Of a stretch of DNA of 64,000 nucleotides, positions 28,126 through 38,112 are shown piece by piece (positions within the stretch are counted from its first letter, which is position 1; every line of letters begins with the position of its first letter). Below the pieces are notes generated by a model, which saw only the letters and a program-made list of their open reading frames with translations, made no database searches and was not told where the DNA came from. The translations under genes and the position numbers were made by a program. This DNA comes from an uncultured Pirellulaceae bacterium (GTDB lineage: Bacteria; Planctomycetota; Planctomycetia; Pirellulales; Pirellulaceae): positions 5,183 through 69,182 of the forward strand of contig CAYWNA010000038.1 in assembly GCA_964459305.1 (NCBI GenBank), written 5' to 3'.

Positions 28126-30060
28126 TCAGGGCGGCCCGCGGTAGGGGCTACGGTTCTGGTACAGTTCTAATTGGCGTTGAAGTTCCTCGGTCAATCCACG
28201 GTTACCGGCGGTTCGCGCTACCTGAAGCGCCCTCTGGGTCGCGGTGACCGCCTCGCCAAACCGCGTAACGGCCGCATAGGTGGCCGCAAGCACGCTCAGC
28301 CTGACGGCGCCCGGCTCTTCGATCAGCTGGCAGGCTCGCTCGGCTAGCCGGACCGCCCTTTCCGGTTCCCGCAGTTGGTCGTCGGTGCAAGTTGCCAGCA
28401 GGAGGGCCTGGTTAAACAATGCCACTTCGTAGACGGGATCTGCCTCAATTGCCTTGTCGTAGTTCTGTACGGCCGACTGGAACTGGGCGTTACCGACAGA
28501 GGCGATCGCAATGTTGGTGTATGCAATCGCGAGGGTCCGCAAGAAATCGCGATCTTTCCATCCCGTCAGCTCGCAACCTCGCTCGGCCAACTCGACGGCC
28601 AACCCGTCGTCCCGTACCGACTCGTTCTTGCAGGTTACCAGATAGAAGGCAAAGTTCCTCAGTGCGTCTATGTATGCGGGTTCCATCTGCAACGCGATCT
28701 TGTAGTGCGGGATGGCCTGGTCCAAATCTCCCCGCTTTGCCAGGCTGTCAGCAAGGGCACGATGCGTTACTGGGTTTTTCGGGTCTGCGGTCACGCATTG
28801 CTTCCACAGGGAAACATCGTTTCGCCAAGTTTGAACCTGATAGACGCTGAGTGTGTTAAGTACGAGCAGGCACGAAATACCCGCCACGATCACTCCCGCC
28901 AACGCCAGTCGCGGCTTCACGACATTTCCGAGCGGTCTCAGCCCCACGCCCAGCGCGATCGCCAACCCCACCAACGGCAAGTACAGAAATCGATCAGCAC
29001 GATGAATGTGATGAGGCATGATCTGCGAAGTGGGCCCCAAGGCAAATCCGAACCAGAGCGTTCCAAAGAGCACCAACTTCCGCCGCCTGAGCTTCCAAAG
29101 AACCGCACACGTGAGACCTAGCGCAATCCCACCGAGGATCACTTCCGGGTCCAGAAAGCTATCGGGCCTCAGCCGGCCGTAGGACAGCGACAAGCTTGTC
29201 GGCCAAACAAGTGTCGTGAGATTCAGCCAGTACACATTGAGGACCAGCATCAATCGCTGGGCCGAAAACGCTCCGACCTCCCTGGCAAGGGCGGCTTCGT
29301 GGCCAAGCCCCTTGATCACAACCGACAGCATCCCAATCGCCCAGAGCGGGGACGTACCATAGAGGATCCTCCGCAATCTCGGCCCCTCCAGCGTCAGCAT
29401 ATCCCAGGCCACGATCAGCAACGGGATCATGGCCGCCACGGCATTACTGAAACAGGCCACCGTGCAGCAAAAAGCCGCGGCCACGTGACAGGCCAACGTC
29501 CATCGGGTCTTGCTGCCGCCTTGGCTCAGTCGCCGGGCGGTCAGATGAAAATGAAAACACCCCAACGTCCCCAGGGTCATCAACAGTTCTTCTCGCCCCG
29601 CCACCCACGCCACCGGTTCCACGACAACCGGATGGACCGCGAAGACACCGGTGGCGAACGTTGCCACACACGCATCCGCCCACGCCTTGGGTGATCTGCC
29701 GGCTGGTGCCCAATCGCGCAGCAGACGGAGGATTAGCAAAAAAACCAGCAACGTATTCGCCAAGTGAATCAAGCCGTTGGTCAGCTTGAACCCTGCGGCA
29801 TTCAGGCCCCAGAACTGATAGTCAATGGCGTACGTCAACGTACGGACGGGATAGAAGCTAGTGATACATCGCGAAGTGAAGATGTGCTTCAGGTTTTCCC
29901 CAGTCAGACCTCGAATGTGGGGATTGTGGACGGCTTGACTGACGGCATCACTCTCGATGAATTCAAAACCTACGATGGGGAAAAACGCCACGCAGACCAG
30001 GTACGCCAGAGCGCACGCAGCCAGCAGTTTCGGCCAACCGATGGTCCTGTGGCCTTGCAC
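28126..30060 (-). CDS. polytopic membrane protein (GT-C/PMT-like) with C-terminal TPR repeats
   Basis: About 12 TM helices followed by at least 5 TPR-like repeats. The tool ORF runs to 30231, but its first about 55 codons are encoded by repeat families A and B. A GTG at 30060 is a more plausible start. Confidence 0.6.
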   Translation of the reverse strand: MQGHRTIGWPKLLAACALAYLVCVAFFPIVGFEFIESDAVSQAVHNPHIRGLTGENLKHIFTSRCITSFYPVRTLTYAIDYQFWGLNAAGFKLTNGLIHLANTLLVFLLILRLLRDWAPAGRSPKAWADACVATFATGVFAVHPVVVEPVAWVAGREELLMTLGTLGCFHFHLTARRLSQGGSKTRWTLACHVAAAFCCTVACFSNAVAAMIPLLIVAWDMLTLEGPRLRRILYGTSPLWAIGMLSVVIKGLGHEAALAREVGAFSAQRLMLVLNVYWLNLTTLVWPTSLSLSYGRLRPDSFLDPEVILGGIALGLTCAVLWKLRRRKLVLFGTLWFGFALGPTSQIMPHHIHRADRFLYLPLVGLAIALGVGLRPLGNVVKPRLALAGVIVAGISCLLVLNTLSVYQVQTWRNDVSLWKQCVTADPKNPVTHRALADSLAKRGDLDQAIPHYKIALQMEPAYIDALRNFAFYLVTCKNESVRDDGLAVELAERGCELTGWKDRDFLRTLAIAYTNIAIASVGNAQFQSAVQNYDKAIEADPVYEVALFNQALLLATCTDDQLREPERAVRLAERACQLIEEPGAVRLSVLAATYAAVTRFGEAVTATQRALQVARTAGNRGLTEELQRQLELYQNRSPYRGPP

Positions 30061-30138
30061 CGTTTTGTCCCTCGGCGTTGAGTCGCCAACGATACCGCCT
30101 GCGCTCAGGCTTATTACGTTCCCGGTCGAAAATGACTC

Positions 30139-30215
30139 GTTTAACCGCGACCCGCCAGGGGAGCGCGTCCGATCGACGGCGGTTAACCAGGCGCTCCCCT
30201 GGCGGGTAGCGGTTA
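30139..30215. repeat. palindromic repeat family B, copy 1 (about 25-bp inverted arms ttaaccgcgacccgccaggggagcgc)
   Basis: Near-identical palindrome at 35711..35789. It directly abuts family A copy 3. Confidence 0.8.
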
Positions 30216-30340
30216 TACCATCCGCGGGCAAGTCTGACCCGTAGCCGAACTCGCCAGAGTTTGGCCTTCCCTACGCGGCCCAAAGTCTGGCGACTTCGGC
30301 TACATGCGGAAAAATGTCAATCCTGGCCGCGGCCGGTATG
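30211..30340 (+). repeat. dispersed repeat family A, copy 3
   Basis: gttataccatccgcgggcaagtctgacccgtagccgaactcgccagagtttgg...ccaaagtctggcgacttcggctacatgcggaaaaatgtcaatcctggccgcggccggtatg. Confidence 0.85.
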
Positions 30341-30580
30341 AACGAGAAAATGCGCCAATTCTCACCGTTCGCGGCATAACCGACCGAGTGCGTTGCCGTG
30401 CTCGGAAGATATTCGAGGACTTGTGGGCGGGTGCTCAGTTCTCGGTTAACGATCCGCACTCGGCGGACTTGCCGTCGCGATGCGGGATCCCGACAAATGG
30501 GAGGGCCGGCCGCAAAAAAGTCCCGCTCGGCAAGCGGGACCTACCGGTCGATCCTGACGGTACGTAGGTGATCTAGCGCG

Positions 30581-31069
30581 TCAATCCGTCAATTCGAACG
30601 TGAAGTCCTTGCTGCTTTCGGAAACCGTAGCGGTGAGCTCGGACATCGTCTCGTCCGCATATTTCTCCGGCAACAGAGATTTGTAGCCTGACGCGGCGTC
30701 TTCCGACGTCTCGTCCTCCGACTCCTCCGGTGTATCTTCCTCTTCTCCACTGCCCATGTCGCCACCGCCTTCCGATTTCTCCACGGCTACGAGATACTCA
30801 CCCGCCACGGCGCCATCCTCGGGGGTGTCGTGAAATGTGGTCAACTTGGCCACTCCCAATGCGTCGGTCGTACCGTATGCGGCGTCGCCAACTCCATCCT
30901 TTGGAACAAAGGTCACGTCGGCTTCGGAAACGGTCGCGCCTTTATACTTCACTGTCACAGTAACCGGCACGCGACCCGGACGCCCCGCGGGCTCACTAGG
31001 GCCGGAACACCCAGCCATGCTTGCGACCGCCGCCAGTAGAGAAAGAACAATAAGCTTGGATCGAGACAT
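30581..31069 (-). CDS. small lipoprotein with acidic C-terminal tail (carboxypeptidase-regulatory-like beta-sandwich partner often seen near DUF1559 genes)
   Basis: Internal Met gives MSRSKLIVLSLLAAVASMAGCSG lipobox. VTVKYKGATVSEADVTFVPKDG beta-sandwich-like. The tool ORF extends to 31150. Confidence 0.55.
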   Translation of the reverse strand: MSRSKLIVLSLLAAVASMAGCSGPSEPAGRPGRVPVTVTVKYKGATVSEADVTFVPKDGVGDAAYGTTDALGVAKLTTFHDTPEDGAVAGEYLVAVEKSEGGGDMGSGEEEDTPEESEDETSEDAASGYKSLLPEKYADETMSELTATVSESSKDFTFELTD

Positions 31070-31555
31070 ACCAACCTCCCTTCTTAAAGAACTGATACCT
31101 CTGCTTGATTCGCAGCCGAATGAGTGGAGTGAGTCGAGAAACGTGAACAACGCCTACCAACCCGCAAGACTGGCGCAAACTAATGGGTGAGGGGCGGCGA
31201 TGTCAACCCGCCAGAAGGGATCGTTTTTCGAGACTCACCGCCGAATTCTAGGGATCGAATAGAGCAGAGATGAAAAACAAGAAACCCGGCTTTCCGCGAT
31301 CCATCCCGAACACTTTTCCGGTATCTTCCGTATTATGGGAAAACTGATACGCAACGGTGCCTGAGTCCCCCCCTTTGTTGCAGGGGGTGATTGCATTTCA
31401 AGCGTTTTTTCCCGTAGAATCTCTTTACACATCTTTTGGTGGCAACAGTGGAGAAGACGCGGGAGGCGCTTCGTAATCTTGTTCCGGCAGGTTGCCTTGG
31501 ATGAACCTTATGCGAATGCCATTCGGCGCGCTTGTGGCTGTGATTGGGTCGCGAG

Positions 31556-31594
31556 ACCACCTTCGTCTGCACAAGGTGGTTGTCTTTTTCTTTC
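31556..31594 (+). terminator. intrinsic-terminator-like hairpin + T-tract in the 5' leader of the DUF1559 gene
   Basis: accacctt-cgtctgcac-aaggtggt followed by tgtctttttctttc. Confidence 0.3.
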
Positions 31595-31637
31595 ATCTCT
31601 TTCTTCACAAACACTTCTTGGAAAGGGGAATTGACTG

Positions 31638-32789
31638 ATGCATCGCGCAAGAGGATCTTCTCGGAGGGTAGGCGCCAGTCACAGGACTGCATTTACCCTC
31701 GTGGAATTGCTGGTGGTTATCGCCATCATTGGCATTCTGGTGGCACTCTTGCTGCCGGCCATCCAATCCGCACGTGAGGCCGCCCGGCGCACCGAATGCG
31801 GCAACAATCTGAAGCAACTGGGAGTCGCACTGCACAACTACCACGACACTCACGGCACATTTCCGTCCGGACGGGGGGGCACTGGGGGAGGAGGCGCGTT
31901 CCCGGCGGAAACCAACGGCAATACGGTAAGTGCGTTTGTCGCGCTGACTCCATTTATCGAGGAGGGCGCTTTGTACGATCAGATCGCAACTGGTGGCCCC
32001 ATGGTGTCCACGGAAAACGGCAGCGGGCCAAGGACCTTCCTTCCCTTCGGCCCCAGGCCCTGGCGGACTCACTTTCCGCCCTGGAGGACCCAGATCGACG
32101 GCCTCGCGTGTCCATCTGACCCGCATAGTAAGCCGGACGCGCCGAATTCACTCGGTCGACGCAGTTATGTGACCTGCTGGGGCGACAAGTTGTACCGCAC
32201 GAACGCCCAACGAGCCCCCTACAGCCACAGTAATGACACCTTCAACGGGCGTGGCGTTTTTGGATTCCGCTCCGGCGTTTCATTTAGGGACATCATCGAT
32301 GGCACCGCCAATACACTCGCAATGAGTGAAGCTTGCATCGTCCAAGGCGACGCAGCTAGTGCGCATCGGGCGGTCAGAGGCGGATTGGCGCAGTTCAATT
32401 TTTCCAGGCCCAGTCAATGCATGAACCGTATCAACCCCAGTGACAGACGACGCATCAGGGGGTCGGTATACCACTCTAACAGGGGCCATATTTGGGCTCA
32501 GGGGCAATTTCATCATTCCGGATTCTCCACCACGGTGCCACCCAACGGCCCGAATTGCTCGCGAGGAAACCGCGGTCATCAGTGGAGTATTGCCGCTGCC
32601 CAGAGTTATCACATAGGGGGCGTCAATGCGGTCATGTGCGATGGTTCGACTCATTTTATCAACGAGAGTATCGATGCCGGCAACCAAGCCAGGACGAACA
32701 ACTTTACCGCTACAGGCAGACCGAGTCCTTATGGAGTCTGGGGCGCATTGGGTACAAGGGACGCCGGGGAGCCTCCGACGCCACTTTAG
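31638..32789 (+). CDS. DUF1559 domain protein with prepilin-type N-terminal cleavage/methylation segment
   Basis: [53 protein letters not shown]...FP. Confidence 0.9.
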   Translation: MHRARGSSRRVGASHRTAFTLVELLVVIAIIGILVALLLPAIQSAREAARRTECGNNLKQLGVALHNYHDTHGTFPSGRGGTGGGGAFPAETNGNTVSAFVALTPFIEEGALYDQIATGGPMVSTENGSGPRTFLPFGPRPWRTHFPPWRTQIDGLACPSDPHSKPDAPNSLGRRSYVTCWGDKLYRTNAQRAPYSHSNDTFNGRGVFGFRSGVSFRDIIDGTANTLAMSEACIVQGDAASAHRAVRGGLAQFNFSRPSQCMNRINPSDRRRIRGSVYHSNRGHIWAQGQFHHSGFSTTVPPNGPNCSRGNRGHQWSIAAAQSYHIGGVNAVMCDGSTHFINESIDAGNQARTNNFTATGRPSPYGVWGALGTRDAGEPPTPL

Positions 32790-32797
32790 TGCGCCGT

Positions 32798-32918
32798 CAA
32801 TCTTCGAATGACAGGTGCGTCTGGGAGGGCGAAGCTCCTTCGGAGCCGCGAGGTTTGGAGTTGTCCCGCGGCTCGGCGGGAGCCTCGCCCTCCCATCGGT
32901 CAGTCCAAGATTGACCGA
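32798..32918. repeat. nested-palindrome repeat family C, copy 1
   Basis: Core gggagggcgaagctcc...ggagcctcgccctccc flanked by an outer IR. Shared with 42657..42787 and 55470..55600. Confidence 0.75.
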
Positions 32919-32935
32919 CCATACTGCCCCCGTGT

Positions 32936-33622
32936 TCATGTACCTCGCACGAGGCCAAACCATTCGATCTGTCGGCGCGGGCAGAAACGAAGCTCATGTT
33001 CGGTGCAGTACGGTTCGAGCCATTGGCCGACCTTTGACAGCTCGCCCGCCTCGGTGCCCAGGGGCATGAGCATAACGCGCCGGCGGTCGATGTCGGGGAA
33101 CTCGTCCAGGTACCGCAACATTTCTTCACAGTCGTCTTGATCGCCAATGACAAACTTGAACTGGTAGGTGTGTTCGGCTACCAGGCGGCGGATCACATCC
33201 GGTGCGTGACGAGTGTGATCGTGCCGCTGACGCCATTGGCGAGCCCACTCGTCGGGCGACGTCGAATTGGAGAGTTTGGGGCTGATCGACATCAAATCGC
33301 AGTCCAGCGGCAGATACAACGTCCCCGCCGTCTCGACGGTGATATGTCGCCCGCTGGCACGAATGCCCCGGCACAACGGGATGAGTTCAGCGAACAGCAT
33401 GGGCTCGCCGCCCGTCAATACGACGTGGTCGCAAGCGAAATCAACCACTTTTTCCAGGATCTCATCGACCGACCTATCCTCGCCTTCCGGATACCACGAC
33501 GCATACGGTGTGTCGCAGAACCAGCATCGCAGATTGCAGCCTGCGACGCGCACAAAGACGCTTTCGGTCCCTGTCAGGAAACCCTCGCCCTGGATCGACT
33601 TGTAGATCTCCGCGACGCGCAT
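32936..33622 (-). CDS. queE: 7-carboxy-7-deazaguanine synthase (radical SAM)
   Basis: VFVRVAGCNLRCWFCDTPYASW (CxxxCxxC variant of QueE), 228 aa. Confidence 0.9.
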   Translation of the reverse strand: MRVAEIYKSIQGEGFLTGTESVFVRVAGCNLRCWFCDTPYASWYPEGEDRSVDEILEKVVDFACDHVVLTGGEPMLFAELIPLCRGIRASGRHITVETAGTLYLPLDCDLMSISPKLSNSTSPDEWARQWRQRHDHTRHAPDVIRRLVAEHTYQFKFVIGDQDDCEEMLRYLDEFPDIDRRRVMLMPLGTEAGELSKVGQWLEPYCTEHELRFCPRRQIEWFGLVRGT

Positions 33623-33685
33623 CGTCCCCTTTCACTTTCAGTTCATCATGACAAAATGGTGCGGTAGAGGAAAGGAGTAGATCTG

Positions 33686-34048
33686 ATGTCCAGGGACTTC
33701 CGCGAAGCGCTGGAAACATTCGAAAACCAGCATCCCGAAAGGGACTATACAATTGAGATCCGTTGCCCGGAGTTCACCTCGGTCTGTCCCAAGACCGGCC
33801 AGCCGGACTTCGGCGTGCTGACGTTCACGTACACGCCGAATGAAAAGTGCGTCGAACTGAAGAGCCTGAAACTTTACCTTCAAAAGTTCCGAAACGAAGG
33901 TATTTTTTACGAAACCGTCACCAATCACATCCTGGACGACTTCGTGGCTGTCGTCGAGCCCCGGCGCGTGAAACTGTTGGGCCAGTTCAGCGCTCGGGGA
34001 GGCATTACCACCAGCGTTACGGGAACGTACGAGAGCGAGCAGGTGTAG
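33686..34048 (+). CDS. queF: NADPH-dependent 7-cyano-7-deazaguanine reductase (type I, unimodular)
   Basis: [14 protein letters not shown] (catalytic Cys), [11 protein letters not shown]. Confidence 0.9.
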   Translation: MSRDFREALETFENQHPERDYTIEIRCPEFTSVCPKTGQPDFGVLTFTYTPNEKCVELKSLKLYLQKFRNEGIFYETVTNHILDDFVAVVEPRRVKLLGQFSARGGITTSVTGTYESEQV

Positions 34049-34079
34049 GGTGGGCCAGAGCTAAAGCTCTGGCCCACCC
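34048..34079. terminator. perfect 15-bp palindrome between convergent queF and SPFH genes (bidirectional terminator-like, no U-tract)
   Basis: gggtgggccagagct aa agctctggcccaccc. Confidence 0.45.
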
Positions 34080-34099
34080 TGCGGCAATCCGCGATGAAT

Positions 34100-35518
34100 C
34101 TAGAATCGATCGCCGCCCCCCAGTTTCTCCTCGACTTTGTCGGCCTGCCAGGCCACGGCGGTCATCACGCGCGTTACCTCCAGCGGATCTGCCGTATCGG
34201 CCAACTGGTTGGCTTGCACTACCACCATCTCGCCCGAGTCGGTCTTTTGCACGGCAAAGGCGCCATGCACCATTTTCATGTTGTAGCGCAGTAGCGCCAT
34301 GGCGTTCTTTTCCGAAGCGGGACCGCAGATCGACGTATAGGCGATGACATCGTGCCCTTCTTCGTCTTTGCCGTCGAAGTTGACCGTCACCGTCTGCTTG
34401 CGCAGCGCGCCAATTGGTATTGTGACGTGCCACGCGTTTCCAGCCTCCTGGGTTTGCCAACCCGCAGACTGGGCCACGGTACGCACGATCTGCCTGGCAT
34501 CCGTGGGGACAGCCGCGGCGGGCGCAAGATCGCCGAAATCGAGTCCACCGCCTCCGGCCGCAGCAGCACCGGCTGCGGCGGCACCCGCGACGGGCGCAGC
34601 AGCCGCGGCTGGCATTTGCGGAGCGGCTGGTGCGCCTGCCTGCGGTACCGCTGGCTGTTGGCCACCCATCATGGCTTGCTGGATCATTCCGGGCATCATC
34701 ATGCCGAAGCCGGCACCCATGCCCATTCCCATCGCGCTCCCGCCCATGCCCCCGCCCCCGCCCGATTGCTCGGCCATCTTCGACATGCTGTTGGCGGCTT
34801 GATACATCGTGAATGCCTGCAAATCGCCGATCGCGCCCATGCTGCTGCGGGCGTCGATGGCCTTCTGTACCTCTTCGGGCGGAGTGATTGCGTTGATGAA
34901 AAAGTCGGCCAACTCCAGGCCGTATTTGGCAAACTCGTCGCCCAGCTTCGCCCGTGTACCAGCGCCAATTTCGTCGAACTTGGCCGGCAGGTCCAACATG
35001 GCCACCTGCATCGTGCCCAACAGGTCGGTCAGGCGAGAGACGATGAGGTCTTTCAGGAAAGAGGCAATCTCGTCCGTGCTGTATTTTCCCTGCGTGCCGA
35101 CCAGTGTGTTGATCAAGACGGCTGAATCGACCACGCGGAAGGAGAACTTGCCAAAACTGCGCAACCGGACAATGCCGAAATCCTTGTCGCGCACCGTGAT
35201 CGGCTGGCGCGTGCCCCACTTCTGATCCAGGAAGGTCTGTTTCCCAACGTAGTAGACCTGAGCCGTGAAAGGCGACTTCTCCCAAGGAATCGTGAGAATG
35301 CGCGTGATGATCGGGATGTTGGCCGTGGTAAGCGTGTGTCGCCCAGGCCCAAAGGTATCCATCGCTTTGCCGTCCTTGAAGAAAACCGCCTCCTGGTTCT
35401 CTTGGACGATCATTTGCGCGCCGTATTTGATGTCGGCCGAGCCTTGCGGCGGAATGCGGTGGACGATCGAGCGATTCGTTTCATCGAAGTATTCGAGGAC
35501 TTCCAGGCGGATTCCCAT
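34100..35518 (-). CDS. SPFH/band-7 family protein with Gly/Ala-rich linker and YbjN-like C-terminal domain
   Basis: An internal Met at the tool-coordinate 35518 is preceded by AGGAAG SD. The SPFH core is followed by an A/G-rich segment ([21 protein letters not shown]) and C-terminal [10 protein letters not shown]...YTSICG. Confidence 0.75.
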   Translation of the reverse strand: MGIRLEVLEYFDETNRSIVHRIPPQGSADIKYGAQMIVQENQEAVFFKDGKAMDTFGPGRHTLTTANIPIITRILTIPWEKSPFTAQVYYVGKQTFLDQKWGTRQPITVRDKDFGIVRLRSFGKFSFRVVDSAVLINTLVGTQGKYSTDEIASFLKDLIVSRLTDLLGTMQVAMLDLPAKFDEIGAGTRAKLGDEFAKYGLELADFFINAITPPEEVQKAIDARSSMGAIGDLQAFTMYQAANSMSKMAEQSGGGGGMGGSAMGMGMGAGFGMMMPGMIQQAMMGGQQPAVPQAGAPAAPQMPAAAAAPVAGAAAAGAAAAGGGGLDFGDLAPAAAVPTDARQIVRTVAQSAGWQTQEAGNAWHVTIPIGALRKQTVTVNFDGKDEEGHDVIAYTSICGPASEKNAMALLRYNMKMVHGAFAVQKTDSGEMVVVQANQLADTADPLEVTRVMTAVAWQADKVEEKLGGGDRF

Positions 35519-35710
35519 GGTAATGCTTCCTTTGGCTGCAGATCCGTGGAGAAACGGGACTTGTTTTGAAGTAAACGCACAGATTTGTCTGGCCGCAGGG
35601 CCAATGCCCAAGCGGCTCTGGTGAGTAATTCGTCCGTCTGGCCCCTAATTCTATGAATTCTGGTGAAAAACGCCAACGACAGTCGGCGGATTCTTTTCTT
35701 AGACTGGCCC

Positions 35711-35789
35711 GTTTGACCGCGACCCGCCAGGGGAGCGCATCGCCAAAGCGGCGCAACGCTCGCGCTCCCCTGGCGGGTCGCGGCTAAAC
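35711..35789. repeat. palindromic repeat family B, copy 2
   Basis: gtttgaccgcgacccgccaggggagcgc ... gcgctcccctggcgggtcgcggctaaac. Confidence 0.8.
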
Positions 35790-35830
35790 GAAGACTCCCC
35801 GACACAGCCAATCCTGGCTAGAATGCTCGC

Positions 35831-37924
35831 ATGAACGACGGTGGAAAAAAATCTGCCGCAGAAATCCTCGGCACGCCGGTACAATTCCTCAAAGGCGTCG
35901 GTCCTGAACGGGCAAAGCTGCTGGAGCGGAGGAATCTGCGCACATCCAAGGACTTGCTGTTCTTCTTCCCACGCGACTATTACGACGCGAGCGAGCTTCG
36001 GGCCGTAAAAGAGTTGGTCGAAAGCGAGCTGGCCAGCGTTCGTGGTGTTGTCGAAGAAATCGATCTGCGCAACACGGGACCGGGACGATCATGGCTGGGC
36101 GTACTGTTGCGGCAGGACCACGAGTTCCTGCGGGCCATCTGGTTCAATCAACCTTGGATGCGCGATCGCGTGCACGTTGGCGACCGGATCTTGCTTTCAG
36201 GCGAGCCACGCTTCAATGGTGGGCGATGGGAAATGGTGCATCCGCGAGTCGAGTTGCTGGGCGACGACGAGGATCTTCCATCCGGCCGGATCCTGCCGGT
36301 CTATTCGTTGACCGAAGGCATCCGGCAGTCGCAGATGCGGCGGATCGTGCAAGGCGTTGTCGAGACGTGCGCGGGGTGCGTCGACGAAGTTCTCCCGGAC
36401 GACTACCGAACAGCCCACAACCTCAGCTCGATTCACGAGGCCCTCACCCAGATTCATTCGCCGCACGATGGGGACAGCCTTGCTGGGGCCCGTCGCAGGT
36501 TCGTCTACCAAGAGTTGTTCGTTCTGCAACTCGCTTTGGCGATGCGCAGGCGACAACTGGCCGAACGGTGCGGTGCTCCGCCGTTGCCGGCAACAGCGAA
36601 GATCGACGCGCGTATCCGCCGGCTGTTTCCATTCGAGTTGACATCGTCGCAGAACCAAACGGTTGCCGAGATCTCCGCCGATATGGCGCGAAGCACACCG
36701 ATGAATCGCCTTCTTCAAGGCGACGTCGGCAGCGGCAAGACCGTGGTTGCGGAATACGCCATGCTCGTGGCCGTGGCTCATGGCTATCAAGCTGCCATCA
36801 TGACGCCCACCGAGGTTCTTGCGCGACAGCACGTCCGCACCCTCGCAAGGGATCTTCGCGACAGCCGGGTTCAGATCGCACTGCTCACGGGATCGCTCGG
36901 CAGTTCCGACCGCCGGGAGACGATGGAGCGGATCGCGTCAGGAGACGTCGATCTGATCGTTGGAACGCACGCACTGCTGGATAAGGGCATCGTGTTGGAT
37001 AAATTGGGATTGGTGATCGTCGACGAGCAACACAAATTCGGCGTGCGCCAGCGGGCCGCGCTGCGCGGCTCCGGCGTCGATCCGCATTACTTGGTGATGA
37101 CCGCCACACCGATTCCCCGGACCGTGTCGATGACGCTGTTTGGCGATCTGGATGCGTCGACTTTGAACGAATCGCCGCCCGGACGTGCCGTGGTCCACAC
37201 CTACCTGGGCGACGACGCTCGTCGCGTCCAGTGGTGGGAGTTCTTTCGCAAGAAATTGCGCGAAGGGCGGCAGGGGTACGTGATTGCTCCGTTGGTCGAG
37301 TCGTCAGGTGAGGAGGCTGTCCAGAGCGTTCAACAGTCGTTCGAATCGCTAGCCAACGGAGAACTGGAAGAGTTTCGATTGGACCTGATCCATGGCCGGA
37401 TGAGTGCAACCGAGAAGGATGCCGCCATGCAGGCTTTTGGGCGAGGGGAAACGGAGGTGCTGGTGGCGACATCGGTGGTCGAGGTAGGAATCGACGTACC
37501 TAACGCCACGGTGATGACAATCGAAGGGGGCGAGAGATTCGGCCTTGCCCAGTTGCACCAGTTGCGCGGACGGATTAGCCGTGGCGCTCATCCCGGATAC
37601 CTCTGCGTTTTCGCAGACGCCAAGACAGACGAATCCCAACAGCGTCTTGCCGCATTTTGTGAATCCAACGATGGTTTCGAACTGGCGGAAACAGATTTCC
37701 AGTTACGCGGTCCCGGCGATCTATTTAGCTCACAGCAACATGGCCTACCCCCGTTTCGCGTTGCGGATCTTGTCCGCGATCGAGATATACTGGATGAAGC
37801 GCGGCGGGACGCCCAGGCTTTGGCCGCAGAAAGCCCCGGCTTTCTTGCCCCGGCATTTACTGGGCTTCGTCGCATGGTGATCGCTCGCTATGGCAAAGCA
37901 CTCGATCTGGCCGATGTGGGGTAG
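35831..37924 (+). CDS. recG: ATP-dependent DNA helicase RecG
   Basis: Wedge domain plus SF2 helicase motifs GDVGSGKT, DEQH, TATPIPRT, QLHQLRGR. 697 aa. Confidence 0.95.
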   Translation: MNDGGKKSAAEILGTPVQFLKGVGPERAKLLERRNLRTSKDLLFFFPRDYYDASELRAVKELVESELASVRGVVEEIDLRNTGPGRSWLGVLLRQDHEFLRAIWFNQPWMRDRVHVGDRILLSGEPRFNGGRWEMVHPRVELLGDDEDLPSGRILPVYSLTEGIRQSQMRRIVQGVVETCAGCVDEVLPDDYRTAHNLSSIHEALTQIHSPHDGDSLAGARRRFVYQELFVLQLALAMRRRQLAERCGAPPLPATAKIDARIRRLFPFELTSSQNQTVAEISADMARSTPMNRLLQGDVGSGKTVVAEYAMLVAVAHGYQAAIMTPTEVLARQHVRTLARDLRDSRVQIALLTGSLGSSDRRETMERIASGDVDLIVGTHALLDKGIVLDKLGLVIVDEQHKFGVRQRAALRGSGVDPHYLVMTATPIPRTVSMTLFGDLDASTLNESPPGRAVVHTYLGDDARRVQWWEFFRKKLREGRQGYVIAPLVESSGEEAVQSVQQSFESLANGELEEFRLDLIHGRMSATEKDAAMQAFGRGETEVLVATSVVEVGIDVPNATVMTIEGGERFGLAQLHQLRGRISRGAHPGYLCVFADAKTDESQQRLAAFCESNDGFELAETDFQLRGPGDLFSSQQHGLPPFRVADLVRDRDILDEARRDAQALAAESPGFLAPAFTGLRRMVIARYGKALDLADVG

Positions 37925-38112
37925 CCAGCGGGGATGGTGGCCAGTTGAAGGCTTGCCCCCTGCTCTTTCCACGGCGATCAGCATGAAATCTGGTCACGCA
38001 CAGTGCGAGACGGACGTTGATTCATCCGCAGAAGTCGAATACCATTGGAGTGCTTGGGTCGCCACAGCCTCGTTACACATGCAGCAGCAATTTGTCAGGA
38101 GTCAACAGCGGT

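Noticed and set aside
29957-30283. ORFs 29957..30244(+), 29963..30283(-), 35481..35756(-), 35699..35884(-) sharing ALPWRVAV/DPPGER
   Set aside because: Created by the family B palindrome read in both directions. Not genes.
34017-35285. 422-aa ORF 34017..35285(-) and 257-aa ORF 34352..35125(+) overlapping the SPFH gene
   Set aside because: Gly/Arg-rich junk translations (RRGCRRSR..., [13 protein letters not shown]...) of the Ala/Gly-rich linker region in the wrong frame or strand.
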